From Octopus sinensis (Eukaryota), in NCBI RefSeq assembly GCF_006345805.1, contig NC_043000.1:69688001-69752000 (forward strand): 64,000 nucleotides of DNA, in the 5' to 3' direction. Positions within the stretch are counted from its first letter, which is position 1. The number at the start of each line of letters is the position of its first letter. Of the stretch, positions 1-13,368 are shown in pieces. The notes under the pieces were generated by a model that saw only the letters and a program-made list of their open reading frames with translations, was not told the DNA's origin and ran no database searches. The translations under genes were made by a program, and so were the position numbers.

Positions 1-365
1 TGGGTGGCATTTTCCCACGTAAAATGTTGATGTGAAGCCAGTGAAATGATAGATATATCTGGGAACCAGTATCAAATTTTGAAGTCCGAATCGATTAGAG
101 ATTTTGTTGAAATAGAGTTGATTTAGTATTTCATGCTTGTATGACACTTCTCGGGAAAGATTGATGTAAGGATATTTTACAGTGTCAATGGTCATTTAAT
201 TCTTAACTTCTTTCATCTTCTCTTCTCTCTGGGCGATTGTAGATATTGTATTTTGCTATGATGTACAAAGAAATAATTTAACCTAGCGAATCTGCTTATG
301 CTGTTTATGACAGTATGAGCACACATACATATTTATATATGTAAATATGTGTGCATATGTATATA

Positions 366-378
366 GACAGACAGACAA

Positions 379-433
<55 letters not shown>

Positions 434-434
434 T

Positions 435-511
<77 letters not shown>
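366..511. repeat. (GATA)n/(GACA)n microsatellite
   Basis: Direct tandem GATA run; it explains ORF 305..526. Confidence 0.98.
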
Positions 512-867
512 AAGATTTGATTTCACGTTCTAAAATATAAGGTCAGGGGATAATGATTAAGAATCAAATACCATAGTATTTCCACGATACTATCTTACAA
601 TAAAATGGCTGTTACGTTGCTATTTCATCTAGAGATAGCGTCGGGAAGATGAACACAAAACTGTTTTGTTTAGGAAAAACTTTAAAATAAAAGAAAATAT
701 GATGGAAAGTATTCTATCCTCACAGATTTTTAAGATTAAATACCTGTGCATAGAACCTTTATCTCAGTATATAGATATCACTGCTGATATTAAAACTATT
801 AAATCTTTATGCATGTTTTACTTCTGATGTTTTACCTTTTTCTAATATATAACAATTTTCTTTACAG

Positions 868-1406
868 ATGCTGTTTGTTTTGGTTACGATTTGTTATCGA
901 TAGGAGCACTCCGAGGTAAAATGATCAATCAGTTCATAAGGATTCTTCTCCCGTATACTGGATATGGAGCTTTCGAAATCGTAGCACTTCCATATTGCCC
1001 ACAGACTTTCAGCATTCCACTCACCCCAATACACTCAGAAACTAAACTGAATGTAACTAACACTGCTAAAAACGTTTCTAATCTTGAAGCCGTTATCTCC
1101 AAAATGTCTCAGACGATACAATCAAAACTAGATTTAAATAATAGGAGTACTGATCATTTCAACGTTATTATTTATTTTGACTCATCTGTAAATATTATCA
1201 CACCTAATATCATTGAAGAAATCGGTAAATTGAGAAAACTTAATTGTAAAATATTTTTAGTCAATATTGGATATAATCTTATGCCACAACATCTCATATT
1301 AAAATCTTTAAATTGTCATATACTTCAAGTCCCAACATACGAAGACATGTTAATCAAGGCCAGAAATACACCATTTTATTTTAGACCATTACTAAATCTA
1401 TCTTAA
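868..1406 (+). CDS. Probable last exon of a protein with a degenerate von Willebrand factor A (vWA)-like domain
   Basis: Acceptor ttttctttacAG at 866-867 (phase 1). The open frame reads (D)AVCFGYDLLSIGALRGKMINQFIRILL...NVIIYFDSS...IGKLRKLNCKIFLVNIG...LNLS*, which parallels the vWA pattern DIVFLLDGSxSIG...F+..L and VILLTDG...L+..GV.IF.VG. Stop TAA at 1404-1406 overlaps AATAAA at 1405-1410. Upstream exons lie outside the window. Confidence 0.7.
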
Positions 1407-1454
1407 TAAATATTCATAATTGATAATAATGCTATTAATATCTCATTGCTCGTT

Positions 1455-1675
1455 AAGGCAGCGAGCTGGCAGAATCGTTTGTACTCCGGGCAAAATGCTT
1501 AACGGCATCTCGTCCGTCTTTACGTTCTGACTTCAAATTGCGTCAAGGTCGACTTTACCTTTCATCCCTTCGAAGTCGATAAAATAAGTACCAATTGAGC
1601 ACTTGGGTCGATATAATCGATTTACCCCCTCCCCCCAAACTTGATGGACTTGTGTCCCAATTTGAAATTAATATT
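1455..1675 (+). mobile_element. tRNA-derived SINE, family A
   Basis: ggcagcgagctggcagaatcg...ttcaaattgcgtcaaggtcgacttt...gtcgataaaataagtacc; homologous to copies at about 15.2, 19.9, 26.5 and 28.0 kb. Confidence 0.85.
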
Positions 1676-2022
1676 TCAATTTTACATACATACACCACAA
1701 AAAACACGCGCACGCATATATTGTAATTAGACGTAACATAGGCGAATCACGTGTATGTAGTTTGCATGGCGACTTCTCTACTCATTACAGCAAAAATGTT
1801 CTGCAAATTTTATCTGTCGAAATAGTATATATAAATTTTTTCTTTATTAAATTATAATTATCACTTCCTACTTAAATCATATGAAAACCACAAATAACTT
1901 CAATTCAACCATCAAAAGATACTTTACCTCAGTATTGTGTGATCTAAGGCAGCAATTTCACTGAATTTTGATGTTAATACCTTGAGACAATTCCGTGAAT
2001 AGGAAAACTAAGTACATAAATG

Positions 2023-2096
<74 letters not shown>

Positions 2097-2222
2097 CGTG
2101 CGTGTCTGCGTGTGGGTCTGCACAGGTCTGTCTCATTTACCTGTAGCATGAAAATAGGTAAAAAATAATATTTGCGATATGTGTAATTTCTACTGAAAAA
2201 AGATATAAACTACTTTGACTCC

Positions 2223-2337
<115 letters not shown>

Positions 2338-5300
2338 TATATGTGTGTGTGTGTGCGTAGATGTATATATATATAAATACACAAACACTTACACACACAC
2401 TCACACGTACAGTGTACCGAACTGATGCATTTTACCTTGCGTGGGCTTTGTCAATAACGCGTACTCGCGAGTCGCATGCCTATACAGTGAATAATACATT
2501 CACCGATATTGCGCATAGTCTCCGGGGTTAATAAAAACTCGGTATCTGTAATCGAAACCGCATTAAACTGACTGTTTAATATCATATACTGTTGACAGAC
2601 ACGATGCTGTGGTTTTTGTCAAAGATAAATATTTTTCATAGACATGCTATATTAAAAACTCAAATTTACACACGTATCTATGTGTGAGTGCGTGTGTGTG
2701 AGTGTGTGTGTGTGTGTGCGTGTGTGTGTGAGTGTTTGTTGTGCGTGTGTGTTTGTGTGTATGCGTATGTGTGTATGTGTGCGTGTATCATCATTATACG
2801 TTAAAGTAACTTTTTATCATATTCTAGAGTTCAAACAAGCAGTGTATTTTATTCATCTAGCAATTTTGATGACAGAATTAGCAGAAAACATTTGCTATTA
2901 ACTGCAAGCTACGTGGTCGCGCGGCAAGTGGTAAACATGTGGTTCGGCTAACTTAGTGTTATTTTTTCTCTTATTTCCCGTCTAACGCTGTTCTAGAAAA
3001 TGTTACACACACACACACACACACACAGATATATATGCAGATGTCAGTATTTTATATAAAAGTCTACTTCAACAATAAAATATATTATTTTCATTGCTTG
3101 AATTGATCTTTGTCATTTATTAGAAGTTTATTTATTTATGTATTATTCTTTATTCATATGGATGCCAAACAATTATATACGTTCAAAACATTAATAAAAT
3201 AATGGAATGTATTCTTTCATCCAGTTTTTAATACATACACTTATATGAATCGTGTTTACAAATAAAATAAAAGTATCTCTACATAGAGTTTATGCATCTT
3301 ATTAGAGGCTGGCGATTTCGTGAATCATAACTGAGTTCCACGTTGGCGACAACTGGACAGTATCTAAGTAAATATATTCGTATGCAATCGAATTATGTTC
3401 TGTCATTGAGATTTGGTCGCTATAAGAAGAGAAGTTAGATAATGTGTAAGACATATATCTATGTAATTGTTCTACGTAGTATACATGATTTACAAAACTA
3501 TTTATATACAAAAAAAAAGATGATTTATTTCCTTTTTTTCCAGTAATAAATTCGTGAATCACAAAACAATGAATGTGGTTGAGAAATTTTTTTTTTTAAT
3601 AAACATAATTACTTCAAGACCAAAATCAATCTTTACAAACGCAGATGAGAAACTGGAAACTCACAGACACTAAATTTGAAAGTAACGGGGCTATGAGAGA
3701 AACTAAAGAAGACACTGCTAATAGAACATTCAACAAATACACTCAACTTAATAACCTGTATTCTCAATTATCTATTTAGTTAAGCACCAAACACAGTTTA
3801 CGTTTGAATAATATGAAGACCAACTAAGGGTAGTAAGCTACGAAATTCACCCGGTACAATTTCAGTCTTGATGAAAGTTGATTTTGTTTTTTTTTTGTTT
3901 TTAATATGTAACCATTTTTCAGAGTATTGCAAATCCATAATATGGGAAATATACTATTAATCAACTAGAATTTGGAAACTCATGTTGGAAACTCTTCATA
4001 TATACTTAACTACAAACATAAAGAATTGCCTGAATTTTTCATTAATCTCAAAAAACTCATAGTTTGAGTTACAGACTTTTACAATTACTTGTTTTCTTTG
4101 TCTTATAGTTTTTAGATGCAATTATTATATTCAATCTCATGTTAATATACCAGTATATTTTGCACGTAAGGCTTTTAATATCCGTCCATCCTTTTTACAA
4201 TTTAATATTCTTTTTTCTTAATTCAAATTTCTTAATAATTAAATTTTTTTCCCGTTCTTTTATCCAATAATACATTTTTAATGTTGTTTCTTTCCTTTTT
4301 TCATTTGGAAATGTATTTTGCAAATTTTTCTTTCCTTTGGTTTTGCATATTTCAATTTAATGATCTTAATTTGTTTTACATTGGTTAACTTCATAATGTT
4401 TTCATTTTCATTTTCATTTTTTACTCTTTTCTGTAGAATGCCAAAATCATAATTATTTCCACTGTGAGTTCTCACACAGGCGATGCAAGAGACTCGACAT
4501 CAAACAGAATATATTGTTGGACGCTTCACAGATTTATAACGACAGTTATATTTGGAAATGAAAGAAAAATTTCAAACTAATTATCATCCAACATTTACAT
4601 TTGCTTCTTTACATTCTGAGTTCAAATTTTGGTGGGATGGGCTTTACATTTCATCTCATTATAAAATACCAGGAATTGATTCGATTGACCATATTCCTTT
4701 AATATGAAATATTGATAGTATTCAAGTTTGGTAATTTTTTATTCAGATTTCTATTTGAAATAATTCGATAAATGAAAAATGGCGATCTCGAAAACACAAC
4801 ATACACTATACATCTAGGGAACCTATTCGCAGTCACTCGGCTTGCTAATAATCTCAACTGAATATTCTTCAGAATCACATCCTACATTTCTTACAAATGA
4901 AAAGATATATTTGGTAATATATTGTGCTTGCAGACAATAAGTCATAGGTTTGGCCAATAAGGGACTAAACAAGAACAACGTCCACGATTCTTAAGATTTA
5001 CATACCGCCATCATTTAGATTCTAGTCATTATACTGAATTATGATGATTCCGACAAACCATCTGTTCCATTAGCTTTCATTTTTCACTATTTCATTGATA
5101 TTTTTGTATTTTTGTACTAAGAAGTTAATATAATGTTTCATGTACGGAAGTGTAGTACTGAAATTCATTTCACAACCATGTCACCCTAGTAAACAACATC
5201 TTGTGCCATAGTATACAGTGAACCAAAGATTTGTGACAGAAATTTGGTTCACGGAAGTCGTATGGACGCCGTTGGATGGATGTGCACGCGTCTGTACGAG

Positions 5301-6354
5301 TCAAACGAAAAACTGTGGTATTTCGGTTCGCTTTGATTGCCTCTTTTTTCGTCCATCACACTTTAACATTTGGCCCTTTCGTCGGTCCATAAAATAGGCA
5401 CGAGAAAAATTACTGGGACGACTGAAGTCGATTAAAATCTTTTATGTGGTATCCCAGCCGGACTACATTCAAATGGCTCGATATTTCCCCATTTCCATCT
5501 ACTCTTGGTTATTGGTAGGCATGCATCTAAGTGTGGATTATTGGAATACAGTTTTAACAATGGACAATATGAAAAGTGTGCTATTGCATCAGAATCTGTT
5601 ATTTAGTATTACGGTTATTACGGTTATTTAGTATTACGGTTCAGAAAACTGATGCCGCAAGTGCTGTTAAGTGCAAGTGTCCCTGAAGCTCATATAGGTT
5701 GCATTCGAAATTATCTGTCATCGTTTGATACATGTATCTTAGCAGACACCTTCTGTCGACTATCAATAATCTTATATACTACTGATCGTGAAATTAGGCT
5801 TTCTTCTAAGATCGTGTATTGTAAAGAAGTACAAAAAACATCTATCTAGTCATAATACGAGTTCCCTTTTGTTTAAGGTATCATCATTTTATTTAAGGTA
5901 ATACAATTTCTGTACGTTACATAATATGCATACAAACCACACACCATCCGCACGCACACTATTCCCCCCCACACACAAAACACAGACACACACGCACACA
6001 AAAGGCAGACATACACGCGCACAAAACGCAGACATACACGCACACAGACACACACGCACACAAAAGGCAGACATACACGCGCACAAAACGCAGACATACA
6101 CGCACACAGAATCGGATAGTTTCAGTGATAGAAGAATACAACTCACTAGTGTCTTGTATATTATAATATAACTTCTAAGTATCCCTTGTTTTTCATTTAC
6201 ATTTCTCTTCAGAAATAAAACGTTCTCACCATCAGCGGTCTGTTCATGACAATGTTGGGTCATTTTACGAAAATACATTATACACAATAGCTCTTCATTT
6301 TTTAAAGCAGTTTTATATAACAACTTGCTATTTCATACACAAGATCTCTATTTG

Positions 6355-6536
6355 TTTTCTTTTTTACTTGTTTCGGTCATCAGGCTGCGGCTATGCCTTG
6401 GCGAATCGACTCCAGTACCTATTTTTTCAATCCTATATCGGTATGTTTTGCCAAACCGCTAGCTTACGAAGATGTAAATACATCAACACCCGTTGTCAAG
6501 CGGTGCTAAGAGACAAACAAGGGCCCAAAGACACAT

Positions 6537-6574
<38 letters not shown>

Positions 6575-6720
6575 CACACACATACATACATACATACATA
6601 AACACACACATATTGAACTTCTTTCAGTTTCCGTCTACCAAATTCAATCACGAAACTGGTCGGCCCGAGGCTACAGTAAAAGACACGCATGCAAGGTGCT
6701 AAGAACCATGTGGGTTCAGA
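6355..6720 (-). mobile_element. tRNA-derived SINE, family B (internal CA microsatellite)
   Basis: Contains cttctttcagtttccgtctaccaaa...ggtcggcccgaggctac and gttgtcaagcg; the reverse complement matches the plus-strand copy at 43.6 kb and the fragment at 45.5 kb. Confidence 0.8.
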
Positions 6721-6749
6721 CATATTTGCGTCTATGCACGAACATACAC

Positions 6750-6822
6750 TCATAATGAGCCTCGAACTCGTGACACTCCGGTTATCTCCAATGTCTGTTG
6801 CTCTACCGACTGAGCTTGCAAA
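6750..6822 (-). pseudogene. tRNA-like pseudogene or orphan SINE head
   Basis: Minus strand reads AGCTCAGTCGGTAGAGC (A-box/D-arm)...GAGTTCGAGGCTC (B-box/T-arm). The acceptor stem does not pair and no clean anticodon arm is present. Confidence 0.5.
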
Positions 6823-8070
6823 GAGGTATTTCTTCCTTCAGTTTTGACGAAAGAGTTTGAAAATTAAACTGATATTCTAGGTTTGTTAGCTCCTAGTAAA
6901 GAAACAAATCCCACCCATCATCGATGCATAAGTAAATAGTGATTTTACAGTTTGTTTGCTAAAAAGAAAGAGAAAAAAAGAAAGGAAATACATTTTGAGA
7001 TGTGTGGTCCGTATTTTTTTTAAAGTTTTAATGTCAGATATGATGTAAATTTCATATCTACTCCATTCAAGCTATTTTTTGATGGCATAATTTTATCGTA
7101 TTTGTATGTATCACCAAATAAATGGCGCGCAATTGCTTGGTGTAGGCTTTTGAGGTCGGTTTCGGGAAAAAATATTTCAAAATATGCAAAAGCATATTTC
7201 TACGTAAATGCATTTATTTTAATATTTTATAATAAATTATACCAAAACTATATTCAGTGAGTTATCCCTTTGAATTAAATATTAGCTAATTTTCCATGTA
7301 GCAGTTGTCTTATTAGAATTTTGATGACTTTGGGAATCTAATCTACATTCAGATTTCGATTCCTACTTAAAAGCGTTGGTTGAGACTAGACCAACCCAAG
7401 CAGGCATGGAGTCTAATTGTGTTCCTACTGCAGTCATAGATTTTAATTATATTGTTTAGAATTCTATGTATCATCCCATGAAACTGTTTTTTTGTTATGA
7501 TGTGATGTATTCATTCATCTATTAAAAAAATACGTTAGAAACTGCTGTAATGAAATGACATTTATCTATCGTTTGTTATTTATTCATTTGATTATAGTAC
7601 ACCAAAAGGGATACTTAATCCGTCGCAAATACCGTGCTACCAACACAACGTGCACTTTGGACCAACCTTTACGCGTTCAATACGCGTTACAGTTTGATTC
7701 TCTATATACATAACCTGAATATTTTACTGGATGTACTTCAGTACCCATCATATGTATTCGAGTAAAGGTGGTGTTTACAAGTTAATTCGACCCAACATGG
7801 TACCAATCATTTAAGTACCTGATTCTCTCCCGAATCCTTGATATTGTATATATATGCTGAGAAGATCAGCCGTGGTGGATATATGATGCTGGCATTTCGG
7901 ATTATATATATATATACTTTATTTAAAAGCAGCAGAAATATAACATATTTCTGTTGGTTTTAAATAAAGCATATTACTCTAATCACTGGTATTTGAGTAC
8001 TCTTTTTTCCACCTTGTTTTACATCTGTGTGCTTACTCCGGTATATATTTAATGTGTGTGTATGTTTATA

Positions 8071-8162
<92 letters not shown>

Positions 8163-8202
8163 CCTATATACATATATATATGTATATATATGTATATATA
8201 TA

Positions 8203-8244
<42 letters not shown>

Positions 8245-8263
8245 ATATGTATGTATCTATCTG

Positions 8264-8362
<99 letters not shown>

Positions 8363-8647
8363 GCTCTTATACGCCATTTGGTCTCAACTCCCCCCTCCTC
8401 ATCTAACCTCCCTCTCCCCCCTCCTCACCTATCCTTTCCCCCCGACCCCTACTTCTTCAGTCCTTTATCCTTTCACCCCTACTCCCCTTCCCTTCTTCCC
8501 TCTTTCTCCCTCCCTCTTCCCCTTCCTTCTGCTCCCTCACTCCCTCTCTCCCCCTTCTCTCTCCCCCTCTCCCTCTTTCCTCCTTCATCCCCCTCCTCCC
8601 CTTCCGTCTCCCCCATCCTCTCCTCTTCCCCCTCTTCTTCCCCTCCC

Positions 8648-8747
8648 NNNNNNNNNNNNNNNNNNNNNNNNNNNNNNNNNNNNNNNNNNNNNNNNNNNNN
8701 NNNNNNNNNNNNNNNNNNNNNNNNNNNNNNNNNNNNNNNNNNNNNNN
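8648..8747. other. Assembly gap (100 N) between CT-rich and TA/TG-rich simple repeats
   Basis: Run of N. Confidence 1.
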
Positions 8748-8966
8748 ATATGCATGTGTGTGTATGTATATATGTGTGTGTATGTGTACATATGTGTATG
8801 TGTGTATGTGTATGTGGTATGTATGTGTATTATATATATATATATGTATATATATCTATATATATATATGATATGTATGTATATGCATGTATTGTGTATG
8901 TGCGTGTATGTGTATACGGTATGTATGTGTGTGTGATATATGTATATGTATGTATGTATGTGTATG

Positions 8967-9013
<47 letters not shown>

Positions 9014-9937
9014 ATGTAATATGTGTATGTGTATGTATTTGTATGTGTATGCATGCGCGTATATGTATGTATATGTATACGTGTGGGTGTATGTATGTGT
9101 GTATATATGTATGTATGTATGGGTGTATGTATGTATGTATGTATGTATGTATGCGGATGTGTGTGTTATATATATATAGGTATGTATATATATGTATATA
9201 TGTGTATATATATATATTATATATATATATATATATGTGTATGTGTATATGTGTATGTATATATATATATGTGTGTATATATATGTATGTATGTATATAT
9301 ATTTGGTGTATATGTATAGACTAGTCTTCTAAGATTGTAGACATGAATCTGTAGGTACGCGTATGTATGTGTATATACGTGTATGTATGTAGATGTATGT
9401 ATGTATGAATATAACGCGTGCGTGCGTGTATGTGTATGAGTGTACGAATGAGAGAAAGATAAAAGGGACTAGCCAAGATGTTTGTGACCAGCGGTCAAAG
9501 ATAACAAAAGTAATAAATGAAGATAATAAAATTAAAATTAGGGAATGGGTTTGTAATTGTATGTATATATGTGTGTATGTGTAGGTATGAATAGGTACAC
9601 ATATGTATGTATGTATGTGTATATATATGTATGTGTGTGTGTGTATACATACATATATGTGTATGAATGGGTACACATATGTATGTATATATATATATGT
9701 GTGTGTGTGTGTGTATGCATACATATATGTGTATATGTATATATGAGTATATAGGGACTTGTGTGTTGTGTGTGCATGTGTGTATGTGGATATGTGTGTG
9801 TATGTGAGTATGTGTATGTGTGTGTATGTATATTTTTTTTGTGTGTGTATGTGTATGTTTGGTCGTGTGTGTGTATATATACATGTGTGTGTGTATATGT
9901 ATATGCATGTATATGTGTATGTATGTATATGTATATT

Positions 9938-9972
<35 letters not shown>

Positions 9973-10120
9973 CAAAGAGCAATAAAGATTCAAGTTAATT
10001 TAAAAAATTTACTTGAATATGGTACCTAACTTAGATGCACCAAAAAAAACTATACTGATTTAACAATACAGTAATGTGGGGTGATTATAAGCGAGAAAGA
10101 AGCAACAAGAATGGATAGGT

Positions 10121-10211
10121 TTTTAGTACGATCGTTTCATACAAGGACAGGTTTTATTAAAAGTTGCAAAGATTACAGCATATAAACGAGTCCCGTACTC
10201 ATCAGCTAAAA
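10121..10211 (-). ncRNA. Type I hammerhead ribozyme motif (long stem II), left-arm copy
   Basis: Reverse complement of 12739-12829. Confidence 0.7.
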
Positions 10212-11629
10212 TACATGTAAGTTCTCTAGACATCCTAGTGTTTGAGGCTATACTCATGAAGTAATGTAGATAATTAAACAGATTTCTAAAGTTCATTAAA
10301 GTTCTTTAAAGATGATGTATAGTCTTATCACAGAATTTTAAAAAAGTTTTGATAGCATCACAGAGAAGGTGACCTAATCCATATGAATTTCCATAGATAT
10401 GATGAGGATTATATACTCATAGAAGACAAATTTATCCATTGTTATTAGCATTACAGAGAGGGTGAATTAATCCTTTGTATATATGCACAGATTCCAATGG
10501 TGTAGATGTAAATTTCCAGAGAAATGGAGATGAATTTCGTATTCACAGGCGATAAATTTTACAATGGTTGAACACAATGAGGTAGGTACCAATCCTTGTT
10601 ATATGATTAGGTGTTTGCCATATTAATCACATTACTGCTATCACAAAGGCTGTAGCTATTTAACTCTTAAAGGCTGAAGGGCTTACTAGATCGGCCAAGA
10701 ATAGAGAAGGGAATAGAAGAAAAGAGAGAAAATAATGGATGAGGGAGCAAAAAAGGGGGGGAAGGGGGACTAAAAGAGAAGAGAAAAGGAAACAGAGAAT
10801 AAGAAGAAGAAAAGAAGAAAGAGAAAGAGAAAGAAATAGGAAAGAAGGGAAAAAAGAAAAGAAAAAAGAGGGTTCTAGTTATACAGAAGAGCTAGTAGAC
10901 TGTAAGTCTGGTTTTTAATCAACAGGCATCTAGGAACTAGAGGGGAATATTATTCTTTGACCGTAAACCGTTAATTTATTGCTGTTGAAATCAGCTATGA
11001 GTTTAAAGAGAATCTAAAGAGATACACAGTCAGGGGGTTAAGGGGTCAGATGCTAAAATCACCAGAAAATACATTAGGAAAATCTAAGTATAATCTTATC
11101 AAAAAGTCATTAAAAATTTACTTATTTATTTATTCATTTTATTGTCTTAAGGAGTTGTCGTTATTATTCATACATTGACTGACTACAGGTCAAATCTTAT
11201 AAGATCATTTACAAGGGTTAGGGGATTGTCTATCATAATGAAGATAATCATATTATCACCGAGGGAATAGCCTTATTTATTTAATTATGAAATAGAATAT
11301 GGGGCTACAGTAACTAATATAATTTATTAGAGTTATGCTATTTAAATTAGATTAAGTTAGGAATTAAAATTAAATATTACATTAAGATTTAAAATTAAGA
11401 ATTAAAAATTGTGAGTTGAAATTAAATAAAGCCTCAATTAAGTAGCGAATAGTACTATTCATTTCCCTGTTCTCAAAAGACTGATGCAGATATAAGGAAA
11501 AAGATAAAGATAACTGTAATGTGAGAACTCTTAGTTATCTACTTAAAGCAGTGCTATACTAGTAGAAATCAAGTTATATCTATCTATCTAGTTATGAATA
11601 TTCCAATCATTTAAAATATTTTAAAGTCT

Positions 11630-12347
11630 TCAATTTAGCGTGGACACAAATTGACCTAGTCGATATGGTTATTCAATAAGTTTCTATGTTTACTATGCTT
11701 TAGAATTTCGTACGTCTCCATGGAGCATAGTTGACAACCAACCCTACTATTTTTATACGGGATTGCTCTCCTAACTATTTCCCAATTAAGGGTATAATTT
11801 TTGTTATTATTTTTGAGTTCCCAGATTTTGTTTGAAAGTGTGGTGGTACCAGCTTTATGACGTAATTTAAAAGTCGAGATGTGATTTCTAACTCTGGCTA
11901 AAAATTAATTGTACAGCCAATGTAAAAATATTTGTTATTCTCCGTGGATATGGTACATTTATAGATTACATTATTTTCCCTACATAGACCAGGTGCCGGG
12001 CATTTTGATTTTATTCTACACTTACACACAGGAGGAACAACTTCAGGCCTTGGATTATTCCTGGGTAGATGTTTAAGGTTCCTATTATTTTGATTATCAT
12101 TTCTATAGTTGGTACTGATATCTAAAGTATTGTTATTATTTATTGATCCTTCCGTTTCATCATTTAGGTGTAAAGTCCTACCAAGATTTCTTATATTATT
12201 CGTAATGTTATTATTATTGTTAGTCTTTTTATCCAACTGTATATTATTGTTATAGATATCACTGATATTTTCATTCTCCTTATTTTCTCCATTAGCCTTA
12301 TTTCTATTATTTCTATTATTAACAATATTACTTCTTAATATCGGCAT
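11630..12347 (-). pseudogene. Penelope-type GIY-YIG endonuclease, frameshifted
   Basis: CKCRIKSKCPAPGLCRENNVIYKCTISTENNKYFYIGCT, then after a frameshift ARVRNHISTFK...TLSNKIWELKNNNKNYTLNWEIVRRAIPY, then after another CQLCSMETYEILKH..LLN. Confidence 0.88.
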
Positions 12348-12738
12348 TGTTATTATTACTATTAATGTTAATGTTATTAGTCATTCTGTGGTTACTAATT
12401 TCACCTATGTTTTGATAGTTCCTATTGCTGTTTTTATTGTTGGTAGTATTATTGGAATCTGTGCATATATACAAAGGATTAATTCACCCTCTCTGTAATG
12501 CTAATAACAATGGATAAATTTGTCTTCTGTGAGTATATAATCCCTCATCATATCTATGGAAATTCATATGGATTAGGTCACCTTCTCTGTGATGCTATCA
12601 AAACTTTTTTAAAATTCTGTGATAAGACTATACATCATCTTTAAAGAACTTTAATGAACTTTAGAAATCTGTTTAATTATCTACATTACTTCATGAGTAT
12701 AGCCTCAAACACTAGGATGTCTAGAGAACTTACATGTA

Positions 12739-12829
12739 TTTTAGCTGATGAGTACGGGACTCGTTTATATGCTGTAATCTTTGCAACTTTTAATAAAACC
12801 TGTCCTTGTATGAAACGATCGTACTAAAA
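12739..12829 (+). ncRNA. Type I hammerhead ribozyme motif (long stem II), right-arm copy
   Basis: ttttag CTGATGA gtacgggac...gtccttgtat GAAA CGATCG TA ctaaaa: 6-bp stem I, canonical core, about 9-bp basal stem II, palindrome ACGATCGT. Confidence 0.7.
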
Positions 12830-12898
12830 ACCTATCCATTCTTGTTGCTTCTTTCTCGCGTATATATATATATATATATGTAGATATATGTATGTATA

Positions 12899-12929
<31 letters not shown>

Positions 12930-13269
12930 TTATATGGGTGTGTGTGTATGTATGTGTGTATGTATATATTTGTGTGTTGAGAATTTCCTTATTTACCTAA
13001 AACTCTATTCTTCTACATATTTTTATATTTTTTTATTCTTTTTTTATTTTTTTATTCTTTTATTTATTCTATCTAATTACCACTGACTCCTTGACCACTC
13101 CCCCAAGTATGATTTTTTTGCGCTATGCCTACCCCCAAAAAAGTCCCCACCACCACCCCTATAAACCTGCCTAAATGTATAAATGCCAATACAATTCTTG
13201 TTAACTAGCTTCCTGAAGATTCTCTTGAATGAAACAGTTCTAGTCCTGTAGAAGCTCCTTCTATATATA

Positions 13270-13306
<37 letters not shown>

Positions 13307-13337
13307 GCATGTATATATACATATATATAGGTATAGG

Positions 13338-13368
<31 letters not shown>

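Larger units (their letters stand above)
10091..12859 (-). mobile_element. 5'-truncated Penelope-like element with an inverted copy of its 3' end
   Basis: Arms 10091-10498 and 12451-12859 are near-perfect reverse complements (I saw 1 substitution and 1 indel). They enclose a GIY-YIG remnant and each contains a hammerhead motif. Confidence 0.85.

Noticed and set aside
6380-6405. CTGATGA cc GAAAC on the minus strand
   Set aside because: No room for stem II; it is a variant of the SINE family B tail.
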